From positions 35,164,304-35,228,303 of the forward strand of contig NC_092671.1 in the NCBI RefSeq assembly GCF_964355755.1: 64,000 bases of DNA, in the 5' to 3' direction. A program made the position numbers and the translations under genes. The notes beneath the pieces were generated by a model. It was not told the origin of the DNA, made no database searches, and worked only from the letters and a program-made list of their open reading frames with translations. The DNA comes from Antedon mediterranea. Lineage: Eukaryota; Animalia; Echinodermata. Positions 15,301 to 28,200 of the stretch are shown piece by piece (position 1 is the stretch's first letter; each line of letters starts with the position of its first letter).

Positions 15301-18300
15301 ATGTCGGTATTGCCGTTGATTTGGAGATTTTAAATCGTCATATACTCAACGAATAACCGTTTCTACAGTAATAATTTTATCTAAAAAAAATTCTAAATAT
15401 GTTTCTGCAAAAGCACAAGCATTTTTTAGAAAATACTCCATAGATTTTTAAAGTTCTAGCCAAAAAACTGCAAATTTTTGTGATTTTCAAATGGAGCTTA
15501 CTCAAAAGGGCGAATTTATATTTTGTAACAATATAACTTCTAGTAACACCTAATAGCACCTAAAACATCATTCTAAAATAAAATGAAAATCCATTTCAGG
15601 TCCATTTTAAACAATATTTAGTTTAATATTAAGTTTAATCTGAGTTTATTTAGTTTTATAAGGTATTTATCGATGTACAGTATCAAGTGTTACACCTGTT
15701 GATCTTATTCCTTTTCTTTTCCCGCAGGATAAATTAGATATTTCACCGACATTATACAGTATGAAGTGGTTCTTCCAGTGTTTCCTGGATAGAGTACCAT
15801 TCCCATTGACATTACGTCTATGGGATTGCTTCATGTTAGATGGAGACCGCGTACTAACTGCCATGTCATTCAACCTAATGAAGATGCATAAAAGTTTGTA
15901 CTATTTCAGTATTGTACAAATAATGAATGTTTATAAGTTGGATAGTGAGAATATTTCATGAGTTGAAAGATTGACTGCTCTATTTAACAAGACTATAGCC
16001 AAGTTAGAGCAGTCAATTTTTCAACGAAAGTTTGTACTGTATATTCTGAAACTTAATCATTTTATTTATTAATATCGCATGTGTTATTATTTATTGGCCA
16101 AAACTTATACATATTTCCCTTTCTATAAACTCTTTCCAAATTTAAAAATAATTAAAAATATATTGTCCCCTTAAAATTTGTTTTTGAATATGCCATTTTA
16201 ATGTAACAATAGTTATTCACTTTGACCAAAAACTGGATCTTAACAAAAAATTATTTACCTGAAAAAAAAAAGTAATATAACGCAAAACATACTTAAATTG
16301 TCTGTCAGAAAATTTCATTTGTGAAATATTATTTTTTATTTATTTATTTTTTAACTTATTAATTAAAACTGCAAAATGGCCTATTTAAAGTCTGATTTTA
16401 TTAATCTTTATTTTTCATGTTTTTTGGGGACAATACATCTTTAATGATACTAAATATTTTTGTTAATATATTTTAATAGAGATGATGATGCGAAGAGAAA
16501 TGGAAGATGTAGTGGGATATTTACAAGAAGATCTTTCTAGGAATTTTGGGTATCCAGATGATGATGTACTAGATGCTTTACAAGAAACAATAGCAGGTTT
16601 GCAATACTTTACAATAATGTTTTTTAGTAAAAAAATAGATTATATAATCACTATACAGTAGAACCTACTACTATGTAAAACATGGATTCGTAAACTCCAG
16701 GTTGACCTTAAGTTGACCTGTCGTCCGTGTTTGCCTACTAGCTGGGCCTAGACTACTATAATTTTTAGGCCAAGCTAGTCCTCGCCTCCAGTAAGCACAA
16801 CTTCAGGCCTTGTCTTTTGAAAATGATAGGTGTGCTACAAATTGCATTCCTCAATACATTCAGGGGTGCTGTAGGTGTGCTGTTTGTATTTTGGTGTGTA
16901 GAAGTTTACCAAATTTAAGCGTGTTATAAATCGCACTCCTCAAGGGCATTTTAGGAGTGTGTTAGGCGAGTGATCGCACTCGCTTGCCTTAAAAGACAAG
17001 GCCTGCAACTTTCTCCAACCAGTATAGTGGCAACTCTAAGTGAGCAAACAATAGTTGTGTAGTGTAGCCAAACTCAAGAAAACAAACTATTTGCAGAAGC
17101 TTCACGTGCACCTTCTTGACAATCTAGTTTCCTGAGGTTTTGAACTCTGTGCAGATAAACAAGATGGTACTGTAGCTTCTAGTAACCGAAAATAATAATT
17201 TATTCTCTGCTTTCTTAAAGAGCTAAAACGAACAAAACTAATCAAGCCACCAGCTCCAAAGACAGCCGAAGGACCTAAGCTACCATTTGGCTTGGTACGA
17301 AAACCAACGTTCGAGCAAGTTACAGGGCGGCGGAGAGTGGAAGGGGACAGGAGGCAGGTAGCGTACCCGATTCCAGTTGTAAGCATGCTGTGTGGTGAAA
17401 GCATAGTAGATGATCGATTTATCATCCTTCCTTTTTTGCAAGACATTCCTTGAATTTTAACATTTTTCCTGCAATATAATCCTCCTAAGCATAATCATTC
17501 TCACATTTTGACACTCTTTTGCAGTAATTTGCACATTTGTTTTCAACTTTTATTCATTATATTTTTGTTGAAATTGTACTTTTAAAGTTGTTGTGTTATA
17601 TTCTTTTTCCATCAATTTTCTCTTACTTTTTCTTATTATTTAATATTCTTTTCCATTAATTTTAACTCTAATTTGTAATCACTCTATTTTATCATTTATA
17701 ACTTTCTGTTCTTTTATTCCTCTTTCTACAGTACCTCTCTCTATTTTTACAACGATATTTCCTTTCCTGTACATCTATATTTGTTTTTTTGTCAATTAAT
17801 TTTACATCTTTCATTCTCAACATGGTTTGCATAATATATCACAATACTGTATTCTTTCATCTCTTCTCATCCATTCCCTCCTTTCATTCCATTATTTCCT
17901 CTCCATTCCTTCCTTCCCTCTCCATTCCTTCCTTCCTTGCCATTCCTTCCTTTCCATTCCCTATCATTCAATTCCTTTCTCATTCCATTCCTTATCTCTC
18001 ATTCTATTCTTTCCTCTCATTCCATTCCTTCCTCTCATTCCATTCCTTCCTCTCAATCCATTCCTTCCTCTCATTCCATTCCTTCCTCTAATTCTATTCC
18101 TTCCTCTCATTCCATTCCTTCCTCTCATTCCATTACTTCCATTCCATTCCTTCCTCTCAATCCATTCCTTCCTCTCATTCCATTCCTTCCTCTAATTCTA
18201 TTCTTTCCTCTCAATCCATTCCTTTCTCTCATTCCATTCCTTCCTCTCATTCCATTCCTTTCTCTCATTCCATTCCTTCCTCTCATTCCATTACTTCCAT

Positions 18301-21300
18301 TCCATTCCTTCCTCTCAATCCATTCCTTCCTCTCATTCCATTACTTCCATTCCATTCCTTCCTCTCAGTCTATTCCTTCCTCTCAGTCTATTCCTTCCTC
18401 TCATTCCATTCCTTCCTCTCATTCCATTTCTTCCTCTCATTCCACTACTTCCATTCCATTCCTTCCTCTCATTCCATTCCTTCCTCTAATTCTATTCCTT
18501 CCTCTCAATCCATTCCTTTCTCTCATTCCATTCCTTCCTCTCATTCCATTCCTTCCTCTCATTCCATTCCTTTCTCTCATTCCATTCCTTCCTCTCATTC
18601 CATTACTTCCATTCCATTCCTTCCTCTCAATCCATTCCTTCCTCTCATTCCATTACTTCCATTCCTTCCTCTCAGTCTATTCCTTCCTCTCATTCCATTC
18701 CTTCCTCTCATTCCATTTCTTCCTCTCATTCCACTACTTCCATTCCATTCCTTCCTCTAATTCTATTCCTTCCTCTCAATCCATTCCTTCCTCTCATTCC
18801 ATTCCTTCCTCTCATTCCATTCCTTCCTCTAATTCTATTCCTTCCTCTCAATCCATTCCTTCCTCTCATTCCATTCCTTCCTCTAATTCTATTCCTTTCT
18901 CTCAATCCATTCCTTCCTCTCATTCCATTCCTTCCTCTCAATCTATTCCTTCCTCTCATTCCATTACTTCCATTCCATTCCTTCCTCTCAATCTATTCCT
19001 TCCTCTCATTCTATTCCTTCCTCTCAGTCCATTCCTTCCTCTCATTCCATTCCTTCCTCTCATTCCATTACTTCCATTCTATTCCTTCCTCTCAATCCAT
19101 TCCTTCCTCTCAATCCATTCCTTCCTCTCAATCCATTCCTTCCTCTCATTCCATTACTTCCATTCTATTCCTTCCTCTCAATCCATTCCTTCCTCTCATT
19201 CCATTCCTTCCTCTCATTCCATTACTTCCATTCCATTCCTTCCTCTCATTCCATTACTTCCATTCCATTCCTTCCTCTCATTCTATTCCTTCATCTCATT
19301 CCATTCCTTCCTCTCAATCCATTCCTTCCTCTCATTCCATTACTTCCTTTTCATTCCATTACTTCCATTCTATTCCTTCCTCTCAATCCATTCCTTCCTC
19401 TCATTCCATTCCTTCCTCTCATTCCATTCCTTCCTCTCATTCCATTACTTCCATTCCATTCCTTCCTCTCATTCCATTACTTCCATTCCATTCCTTCCTC
19501 TCATTCCATTCCTTCCTCTAATTCTATTCCTTCCTCTCATTCCATTCCTTCCTCTCATTCCATTCCTTCCTCTCATTCCATTCCTTCCTCTCAATCCATT
19601 CCTTCCTCTCATTCCATTCCTTCCTCTCATTCCATTCCTTCCTCTCATTCCATTACTTCCATTCCATTCCTTCCTCTCATTCCATTACTTCCATTCCATT
19701 CCTTCCTCTCATTCCATTCCTTCCTCTCATTCCATTCCTTCCTCTCATTCCATTCCTTCCTCTCATTCCATTCCTTCCTCTCATTCCATTCCTTCCTCTC
19801 ATTCCATTCCTTCCTCTCATTCCATTCCTTCCTCTAATTCTATTCCTTCCTCTCAATCCATTCCTTCCTCTCATTCCATTCCTTCCTCTCATTCCATTCC
19901 TTCCTCTCAATCCATTCCTTCCTCTCAATCCATTCCTTCCTCTCAATCCATTCCTTCCTCTCATTCCATTCCTTCCTCTCAATCCATTCCTTCCTCTCAT
20001 TCCATTCCTTCCTCTCATTCCATTCCTTCCTCTCATTCCATTCCTTCCTCTCAATCCATTCCTTCCTCTCATTCCATTCCTTCCTCTCAATCCATTCCTT
20101 TCTCTCATTCCATTCCTTCCTCTCATTCCATTCCTTCCTCTCATTCCATTCCTTCCTCTCATTCCATTACTTCCATTCCATTCCTTCCTCTCAATCCATT
20201 CCTTCCTCTCATTCCATTCCTTCCTCTCAATCCATTCCTTCCTCTCATTCCATTCCTTCCTCTCAATCCATTCCTTCCTCTCATTCCATTCCTTCCTCTC
20301 AATCCATTACTTCCATTCCATTCCTTCCTCTCAATCCATTCCTTCCTCTCATTCCATTCCTTCCTCTCATTCCATTCCTTCCTCTCATTCCATTACTTCC
20401 ATTCCATTCCTTCCTCTCATTCCATTCCTTCCTCTCATTCCATTCCTTCCTCTCATTCCATTACTTCCATTCCATTCCTTCCTCTCATTCTATTCCTTCC
20501 TCTCATTCCATTCCTTCCTCTCAATCCATTCCTTTCTCTCATTCCATTCCTTCCTCTCATTCCATTCCTTCCTCTCATTCCATTCCTTCCTCTCATTCCA
20601 TTCCTTCCTCTCAATCCATTCCTTCCTCTCATTCCATTCCTTCCTCTCATTCCATTCCTTCCTCTCATTCCATTCCTCTCTCTGGTCCATTCCTTCCTCT
20701 ATTCATGGTATTTTGACTTAGTTGGTTCTATGTGTTTTTGGCTATAATGGAATTTGAATGCACTCTATAGAGTATAGTAGCTTCTTCCTCAATTGCACAT
20801 ATTTTAGAAATATTAGTTTTAATGGAATTTTTCTACTTGGGTACTATCACTATTTAACACTATTTTAATGAATTTCTACAACTAAAGTTTTTAATAAATG
20901 TAATCTTGGGTTTAACAATAGTTTTGCTTGTTTTAGTTTAGTGTGTGTATGTATTCTAGTAATAAAACTATCGTACATGTTAATGGTTTTGTTTACTAAA
21001 CAACTTCTCCCAGCCAATTCAACCTATGCGAACATAAAATGGACAACAAACATAATATTCCTAGAATAAAAGTTAGAAAATAAATAAATTCTTTACTGAT
21101 ACTTTTTCATATTGTATTTCAAGATTGCATTCAAGATAACCACCACACTAAAAATTTAATTTATTTGTGTCAAACCCTATATTGGTCAATGGTCAAGCCA
21201 TTCATTTGAGTCCAATTAGAGTGTGACCAATAATAATAAATCAAAATAATAATACAAAAATGTCTAATTATTTTCTTAATCACTTTAGAATCCTAATGTT

Positions 21301-23576
21301 TTGTTTAAACCTAGTTTTTCAGGGAGAATTTTATTAATTTACACCACTTATAAGGATAAATACAACAACATCCAAAAGGACCAAATCAAATAGCTCTGTC
21401 TCTGTCAAACTTTATGTGACAACAAAATTTGATGCCCGTATATGGACATGATGATGTCATATCACTAAGATGTTTGCGCACATCACATTTTTTGTCACAT
21501 AAAGTTTGATAGTGTAGACAGAGCTTTACATTTCAGTCCCATGAACTTTTATCTCAAACTTTTTAAGGATGAAAAATATGAAAAATTTCTATTTAAATGA
21601 ATGAATATATAAATTACAAAGCACTCAGGAAAGAAAAGGGGTGTGACTGAAGACAGGGGTGGGGTAATGGTTCAGAAGATACCTTTGCCACACCTTTATA
21701 ATTCATTGTTGATGTGTGGTTCTTCTATATATTATTCTTGGTAGTTTGTACATCATCTTAGTTTTGGTATCTTTATCCCAACTACAACTTGGATCCCACG
21801 GATATTTCTCTCCCCATTTATTTACATCTTCTTAATTCTCACAACTTTCATCATAATAATATTTTAAAACATCAAAGTGTTTCCACAATCATCCGCTGCA
21901 CTTTTAACCAGTAACTTGTAATTATAAAATGCTTGTAAAATGAGCTGTTAAACGGACTTCTTTTAAAAACTCCAAAATGAAAACAAACACAGCATGTTAT
22001 TTATAACTGGCATTTTGGGTAGTTTTATGTGATTTTGTGTTTTATGAATTTACATTGCTTCTCATGTCCACAACTTTTATAAATCCTCAAATCATTCAAA
22101 TATAATCCAAATTATCTGCTTTTGCATTGCAAATTAAAAAATTAGTCATTTTGATTTAGATGTTAAAAAAAAATATGTTTATTAATTATAGATTTGAGGA
22201 ATAGATTAATGAAGGTTGTGGACATTGTATAATTAATTTCAACTTCATTTCATCTTTCACTAAAATATACTGTACTACCAAATTTGTTTTGAAACTTATG
22301 CACGAATTAGCTTTGCAACATTTGCTGCAGTAACTAATACGTTACTGCAGTATGTTATCTATTAAAATTTTACCTAAAAGAATTACTGATCAAGTAACAA
22401 ACCTGTAATTACTGCAACAGGTATTATGATGCAGTAATAGAAACTGTGGTAGGAATTACTGCAATAATAACACATGTTGTAGATTTACTGCAGCAAAATT
22501 CTTTTGACACTTTGGAGAATTCATTCATTTCATAAATTTGAAGCAGCTATTTGCGCACACATTTTTAATTTTAGTAAATTACTGTATCCGTAATCATATA
22601 CACTGAAAGTCAGTTCATTCACAGAGTCAAATGTATGTTGTCAATAACTTTTTATCAAACTCTTTTTTAACTTAGATATTTAAGAAATAATTTTAACGAT
22701 TGTGTTCATTCATTATTTTCCCCTCAGAAGGTAGCTGGACGATCGTCAAACTCAAGTCAGGGTGAAGCTCAAGCTGCTGGCAGTGTTGCTTCAAATAGCA
22801 AACAACGTCCTACAAACCTACCATCAAACCCAAATAGAACTTATGTGATTGACGTAAATGCTCAATCAGAAGCTAAGTCACCAGGTCATAGGTCGCTGAG
22901 ATCTGACCTTCACTCACCAGTAAGCGACCGACCTCTTAGTATGCCTCCGGTAAACGAGGTTGAATTTAAACGAACAATTGAAGAGCGACGAAGCTCTTTC
23001 TACGACAATGTAAACATGGATGATCCATTCGCAACCTCGATGGAAGAATCACTTGAAGCGTTACACGATACTAAATACCGCGGACGTGATAGAGCGAGTT
23101 TTGATACTTCCAGAGAAACGTCACTAAATGTATCGCGTGATGCTTCACCGAGTCGATTCAGTGATCAAGGGTATGAACCAGTGATGATAGCTGCGCCGGA
23201 ATCTATTCCCGAGAGTCAGGAGATTTACATGATGTCGGAGCATGGCACGCGATTGAACGGATTTATGCAGAATCAAAACGGAGAAAGTCAGGAATCGTTT
23301 TCATCAATGGGAACTGTTGTTGAAGTTTCGAGTCCAAAACGAAAAACACCGCCACCTGTTAAGCCTAAACCAAAGACACCATCTCCGGTTATGAGCAAAT
23401 TGCATGGGCCTGGAAAGGGCAGTGTCAGAGTAAGAACTCCGCCTCCTGTGAGTCCAAAACCAGCCCGAGCTAGAGGTAGCCCGCATGGTTTTCACTCATC
23501 TGTGAGTTCAATGAACTCTTCAACGAGTCCGGTACACAGTCCAGTTAACGGAGGCCCGATTACGACTTACGTTTAA
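393..23576 (+). CDS. USP6NL: USP6 N-terminal-like (RN-tre) TBC-domain Rab GTPase-activating protein, 5' exons outside window
   Basis: Exons join(393..500,7599..7757,11819..11939,15118..15212,15728..15893,16480..16596,17221..17357 or 17378,22728..23576), all AG/GT with matching phases. Translation [18 protein letters not shown]...[31 protein letters not shown]...[28 protein letters not shown]...[12 protein letters not shown]...[22 protein letters not shown] closely resembles the USP6NL TBC domain, with the R-finger (DVNRT) and Q-finger (YCQG) intact. The last exon is a Ser/Pro-rich tail. Small extra exons between 17378 and 22728 cannot be excluded. Confidence 0.92.
1260..1612 (-). mobile_element. 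Degenerate tRNA-derived SINE with L2-like tail
   Basis: Minus strand reads GTGGCGCAGTGG (A box) ... GGGTTCGAAACC (B box) ... and ends in GTGAAGCATTTAGAAGCA...ACGCTATATAAGAA, an L2-type tail. Confidence 0.55.
2780..2899. repeat. 120-bp near-perfect palindrome (MITE end duplicated in inverted orientation around a CAT...ATG hairpin)
   Basis: 2780..2838 is the reverse complement of 2841..2899 with about 2 mismatches. Confidence 0.9.
3543..3671. repeat. 17-bp minisatellite (GAATACAGTACTGTTGT), about 7.5 copies
   Basis: Directly visible; each unit contains the palindrome ACAGTACTGT. Confidence 0.95.
4626..5064. mobile_element. TTAA-target TIR element (Kolobok-like MITE) inserted into an older ~145-bp local duplication
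   Basis: ttaa|AGCTCAGGTACAGGCA...TGCCCGCACCTGGCCT|ttaa. Removing it restores a second copy of about 4440..4575. Confidence 0.6.
12521..13818. mobile_element. Non-autonomous Tc1/mariner(pogo)-like DNA transposon
   Basis: TIR CAGTCAACTCTCCCAATACCGGAC at both ends, TA target duplication, no transposase ORF. Confidence 0.85.
14476..15028 (+). mobile_element. Helentron-associated non-autonomous element (DINE-1/HINE-like), nested in a TTAA MITE
   Basis: 5' subTIR TACCTCCGCC, (GTTT/GTCT)n microsatellite, 3' subTIR GGCGGAGGTA, terminal hairpin CACTC-tgg-GAGTG, ends CTAGT in a T-run. It splits the MITE at about 14254..15057. Confidence 0.75.
16804..17005. mobile_element. Short TIR element
   Basis: TIR CAGGCCTTGTCTTTT / AAAAGACAAGGCCTG with flanking direct repeat CAACTT. 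Confidence 0.7.
17860..20705. repeat. 2.85-kb pyrimidine-rich minisatellite, main unit CATTCCATTCCTTCCTCT (18 bp) with 14-bp variant CATTCCATTACTTC
   Basis: Directly visible in the last USP6NL intron; almost no G on the + strand. Confidence 0.97.
21392..21525. mobile_element. PIF/Harbinger-like MITE family (TIR AGCTCTGTCTACACTATCAAAC)
   Basis: Further full or partial copies near 2864..2970, 5253..5375, 6257..6410, 29530..29632, 29766..29840, 37783..37943 and 58594..58702; ends abut TAA/TTA. Confidence 0.75.
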
Positions 23577-24344
23577 TTATACGGTGCGTTATGTGGACTG
23601 TGAGTGTACCTACCTATGAGTGTACAGTGTACAGTTTATAAACAATTATTATACATTTCTAAACAGCACAACTTGATATTTTGACAGTGATCACCTTTTT
23701 GTTAACATGAACCTCAGTCCCCGTAGGTATCTGGTTGTTTTGTTCTACTGTTCTGTGATGTTAATTTTTTTTTTATCTTTTCCCTGATCTTGTGATTATC
23801 GATGCATCAAAATGACTAACATCTACTTTATGGTATGAACAATTTCATTCTTGGAAAGTTACAGTTAATGATCGACTATCAATGCGTAGAAGATGTTAGG
23901 TGTTTGGACAGCAATAAGCAAATAGTTTATAGTATATTTTTTAGAAGGATTTAAAAATCATCAAAATGTCATCTCGGAAACACTGAAGTTTGTCGCAAAC
24001 TTTTGATCATGGTAAAATTCTCCTGCGATCGTTTCACATCTTTTGTATTTGATTATTCAATTTTGTGTGTGTGGTTTCACATTTCGTACTTATGATGTTA
24101 AAGTATGGAAGGTATAATACATATTCCATTCAATGAAAACAAGATTGGAATTGAATTTAATATAAACAAAAACAACCAGTTGTTGAAGGACTTTATTTAG
24201 TAGAGACAAGTAGAGAACGTGCTGCAGATGGAATACCTTGAAAAATTGTGACATAAATAAAATACAAACGAACTAAATTGTAGTAGTCTGCGGTGTACTG
24301 CTGCCATTGTATTAGCTAAATACAAAGCATTGTAGTGGTAAACA

Positions 24345-25252
24345 TTGTATCATTACAACAAGCTAAAAATAAAGTATGGTATTGGTAACAACGGTACCAC
24401 CACAACAAGGTAAAAACAATGTATGGTATTGGTACACACATTGCAACCATGCTGCAATAAACTAAAAGTCAAGTATGGTATTGGTAACAACGGTACCACC
24501 ACAACAAGGTAAAAACAATGTATGGTATTGGTACACACATTGCAACCATGCCGTAATAAACTAAAAGTCAAGTATGGTATTGGTAACAACGGTACCACCA
24601 CAACAAGGTAAAAACAATGTATGGTATTGGTACACACATTGCAACCATGCTGCAATAAACTAAAAGTCAAGTATGGTATTGGTAACAACGGTACCACCAC
24701 AACAAGGTAAAAACAATGTATGGTATTGGTACACACATTGCAACCATGCTGCAATAAACTAAAAGTCAAGTATGGTATTGCTAACAATGGTACCACCACA
24801 GCACGCTAAAAACCAATGTATGGTATTGGAACACATTCTACCACCCTTTACTGTAGGAAGCTGAAAACCATGGTATTGTTAACACACTGTACCATCACCA
24901 CTGGTTAAAAACAATACATGGTATTGGTACACACTGTAACGCCACCACCACAACACGCTAAAAACAATGTATGGTATTGGTACACAATCTACCACTATTT
25001 ACTGTATGAAGCTGAAAAGCATGGTATCTGTAACAAACTGTACCATCACCACTGGTGAAAAACAATACATGGTATTGGTACACACTGTACCACCACACAC
25101 AGCATTATAGTATTGGTACATATTTGTACCATCACCACTAAAAACATGACACTACCTCTATTACAAGCTAAAACAAAGCATAGTATTTAGTACCATCACC
25201 ACTGGTAAAAAACATGGCATGGTATTGGTACAGTACATATCTGTACCATCAC
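24345..25252. repeat. Compound tandem repeat: about four 99-bp units then ~150-bp units built from a ~50-bp ATGGTATTGGTA monomer
   Basis: Period 99 bp (24372 to 24471; 33-aa period in the ORF track), then about 152 bp (24805 to 24957). Confidence 0.9.
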
Positions 25253-28200
25253 ATGAAACTTTGGTATTGTTTTAGTCAATTGAATCAAGATGACAGTTTT
25301 TAGAAATATATGAATTTTTAAATCATAAAATTGAAGGAAATGGGTTTTTTTTGTAAAGCCTTTTCATAATATTGAAATAAGCAAGTTTTATCATTTTGTA
25401 CATTTGTATTTAAGATTGGTTTATTTACACTGTTTACTTCTTCACATCCATACTGTATATTTAATCTTCTTCTTCATATCCGTATTGCGGATGTTAAGAG
25501 ATGACAATTTCAAAGCAATAGTATAGCTTTTATATGACTATAAATAAAATGTAAACGTTAATAATATGTTAATTATTGTTGACATTCTTAGTATAATTAA
25601 TTAATTTTAATTGATTAAAATATATGGTACTTTAAAATTAAATCCTACCTTAATTATAATGATGTTTATAAATATTGTACTTTTTTTTATTCTGTTTTAA
25701 ATGTAATATTTCTATGTGTTTATAATGTTTAAAATATACTAGTTATATGAATCCTGTATAGTGTATTATCCCACCATCTTTGAAACTGCTAATATATAAT
25801 TTTGTTGTATTATGTTATTATATTGTTTTATTGATTATTTGATATATGTTATTGTATTGTTTCATTATTATCTGGTGATATATTAATTTATTGTAGTATT
25901 TTAACACTATTGTCATTGTTTCGAAAAAGATCAAATTTTACATTATAAATTTATTCAAACATATATTGTAATATTTTGGTTTCATTTTAAATTGTTTCTA
26001 TGCAACTAAAATGGTTAATCACCCAACAAAACAACAATAATGTTCAATGTTCAAACAAAAAAAAAGATTTAAATGTTACTAAATGCAAAGTCGTGCATGG
26101 GTTCTGAAAATAGGGGAGGAATACAGAAAGCTGTTAGAGTAACTTCTACTTAGTAAAATAAATGCAGTATACTCTTGTGTAGCTTGGGATCATGTCAAAC
26201 TTATGCAGTTACTGCAGTAGGTAGAATAATGTTGACATGCTCCCTTAGGCCCTTCCTTCCACCCATCATACATTCTAAAACTTGCAAGAATTCTATAACT
26301 GTATCAAAAGTAATATTCCCCTTATTTAACCCTGAAAAAAAAAATCTTGTCTTAAACCCAGTAGGCTAATGACAATTATTTTTGTTAAATTTTCTTTCTT
26401 GTACTGCTTAACGATCCTTAAGCATCAAAACAATTCTACATTGTATGAGTATATTATATTTTACACTTTTAAGAAAACGGTTTATTTACAAATAATTTAA
26501 AATAAATGTAGTACCAGTAGTAGGAAATTTGAAAATGGAGAATAAAATGACAAGACAGTTTTTTTGTATTATAAACGACTCTATATTTTAATTTTACGAA
26601 GGTTTTTTTTTTTGGCATGACTTATACCTAAACACTTTAGTATAGCAAACTGCTTATGCACCAGAATGTACTGCAATTTGACCAGAACAAAAGTAGTAGT
26701 TTTTAGATATATATGATTTATGGTTTTAAATTATAGTAAGTTATTAATTAAAATATGTCCATCTGTACTTCAATTTATTTAGGCAACAATTATATTTCTT
26801 TATTATTATGAAGTATTAATTGAAGTTTGGTATAAAGTTCATTATTTTATTAACTAACTGTAAGAACCTCAGTCCCCTCAGAGGTCTGGTTTAGTAATCC
26901 CACTGATATGTATGTTTTTGTTTATGAAATTATTTTTGTTAAATCCAATATAAAGGTTTTATGTGTATGACGACAGTTGTGAGAGAAGACATCTGTATTG
27001 TTAAAAATAAAAAACTGATAAATAAAATAAAACTGAATCAGCATTTATAGCACTTGCTACTATTCCAAAGTTTTGGTATGACTGATTAGTAAGGTTTTAA
27101 TCTGTCAGGTTTTGGAGCTGCAGCTCATGAGTTGTAGAAGTTTGCATCAAATAATTATTAGGAAACTCTTTGGAACTATTATTAGCGATCTACCGCAGGC
27201 ATCGGTTGAAATTGAGTTGTAATAACGACATTGTTCTCAGTTTACTGTGGCTTTCTGTTTTTGGCTTTATAATTTTTTGTGTGTGTATAATAATGTGTGG
27301 TCATAAAAAAATCGCTAATATTTTATATTTAAATATCTAAAGCCTTGGTTTCACTGGCTATCTGACTAACTCAAGTAATTTGACTTATCACATTGGCTTT
27401 TATAAATTGCTCTTTCAGTGGAAGAGTCGTCGCTTGTGATTGGTCAAATCACTTGCACTAGCCAATACATTGTGATAACCAACTTTTAATTGTCTGTTTT
27501 ATGTAAATGTTATTTTTCATTTGTAGCATATAATTCTCATGGGATTCTTTTTTTTTTTAAAGTTATTATAATAATCCTGTCCATATAAATAAATTGTTTA
27601 AAAATATGTACAGTTACTACTATGTTGTAAATGTTTATTACGAAAAGCGGGGTAAAGGAAATATAAAGAAATAATATAAATATGTGTAGAATATAATAGT
27701 ATGCAACTTGGTATAGGACTTATGGGATGAAATAGTATAATTTGACATAATTATTTACAATATTTGTTAAAGAATGTATGTTTTATTTAGACTGCAATTA
27801 TTAAAACAAGAATGAATTTTACACTGAAATGTACGGTATGTTTTATTTATAATGTACATAAATGCTTTTTTTTTCTCATTGTCACAGATTTCCTCATCTT
27901 TATTGTTTCTATTCCGTCATGGCGGTATGAAAGTATACTGAAAAAAAATTATTTGTTTAAAAAAATATAATTTAAAGGAAAAAATAGTGAAATTGACCGC
28001 CAGTCAATGGATTTTTGGTTGAATTTAACAATTTATTTTGTCATTTTTTTTCTACAGAAGTTTATTAAAACTACAAATAACCTATTCAAAATCTGATTTA
28101 ATTATTATTCATTTTTCATGTTTTTGGGGGCAATACATCTTTAATGGTTTTATGGGTGATGAATAATTGAATTATGATTTTTGGGGTAATCCTGATGTTT

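Noticed and set aside
17937-20747. 936-aa ORF and antisense RGRNGM ORFs
   Set aside because: They are translations of the G-poor 18-bp minisatellite inside an intron. Stops are absent for compositional reasons and there is no real start codon.
24353-24799. 148-aa Cys-containing repeat ORF on the minus strand
   Set aside because: It reflects the 99-bp tandem repeat; no splice or domain support.
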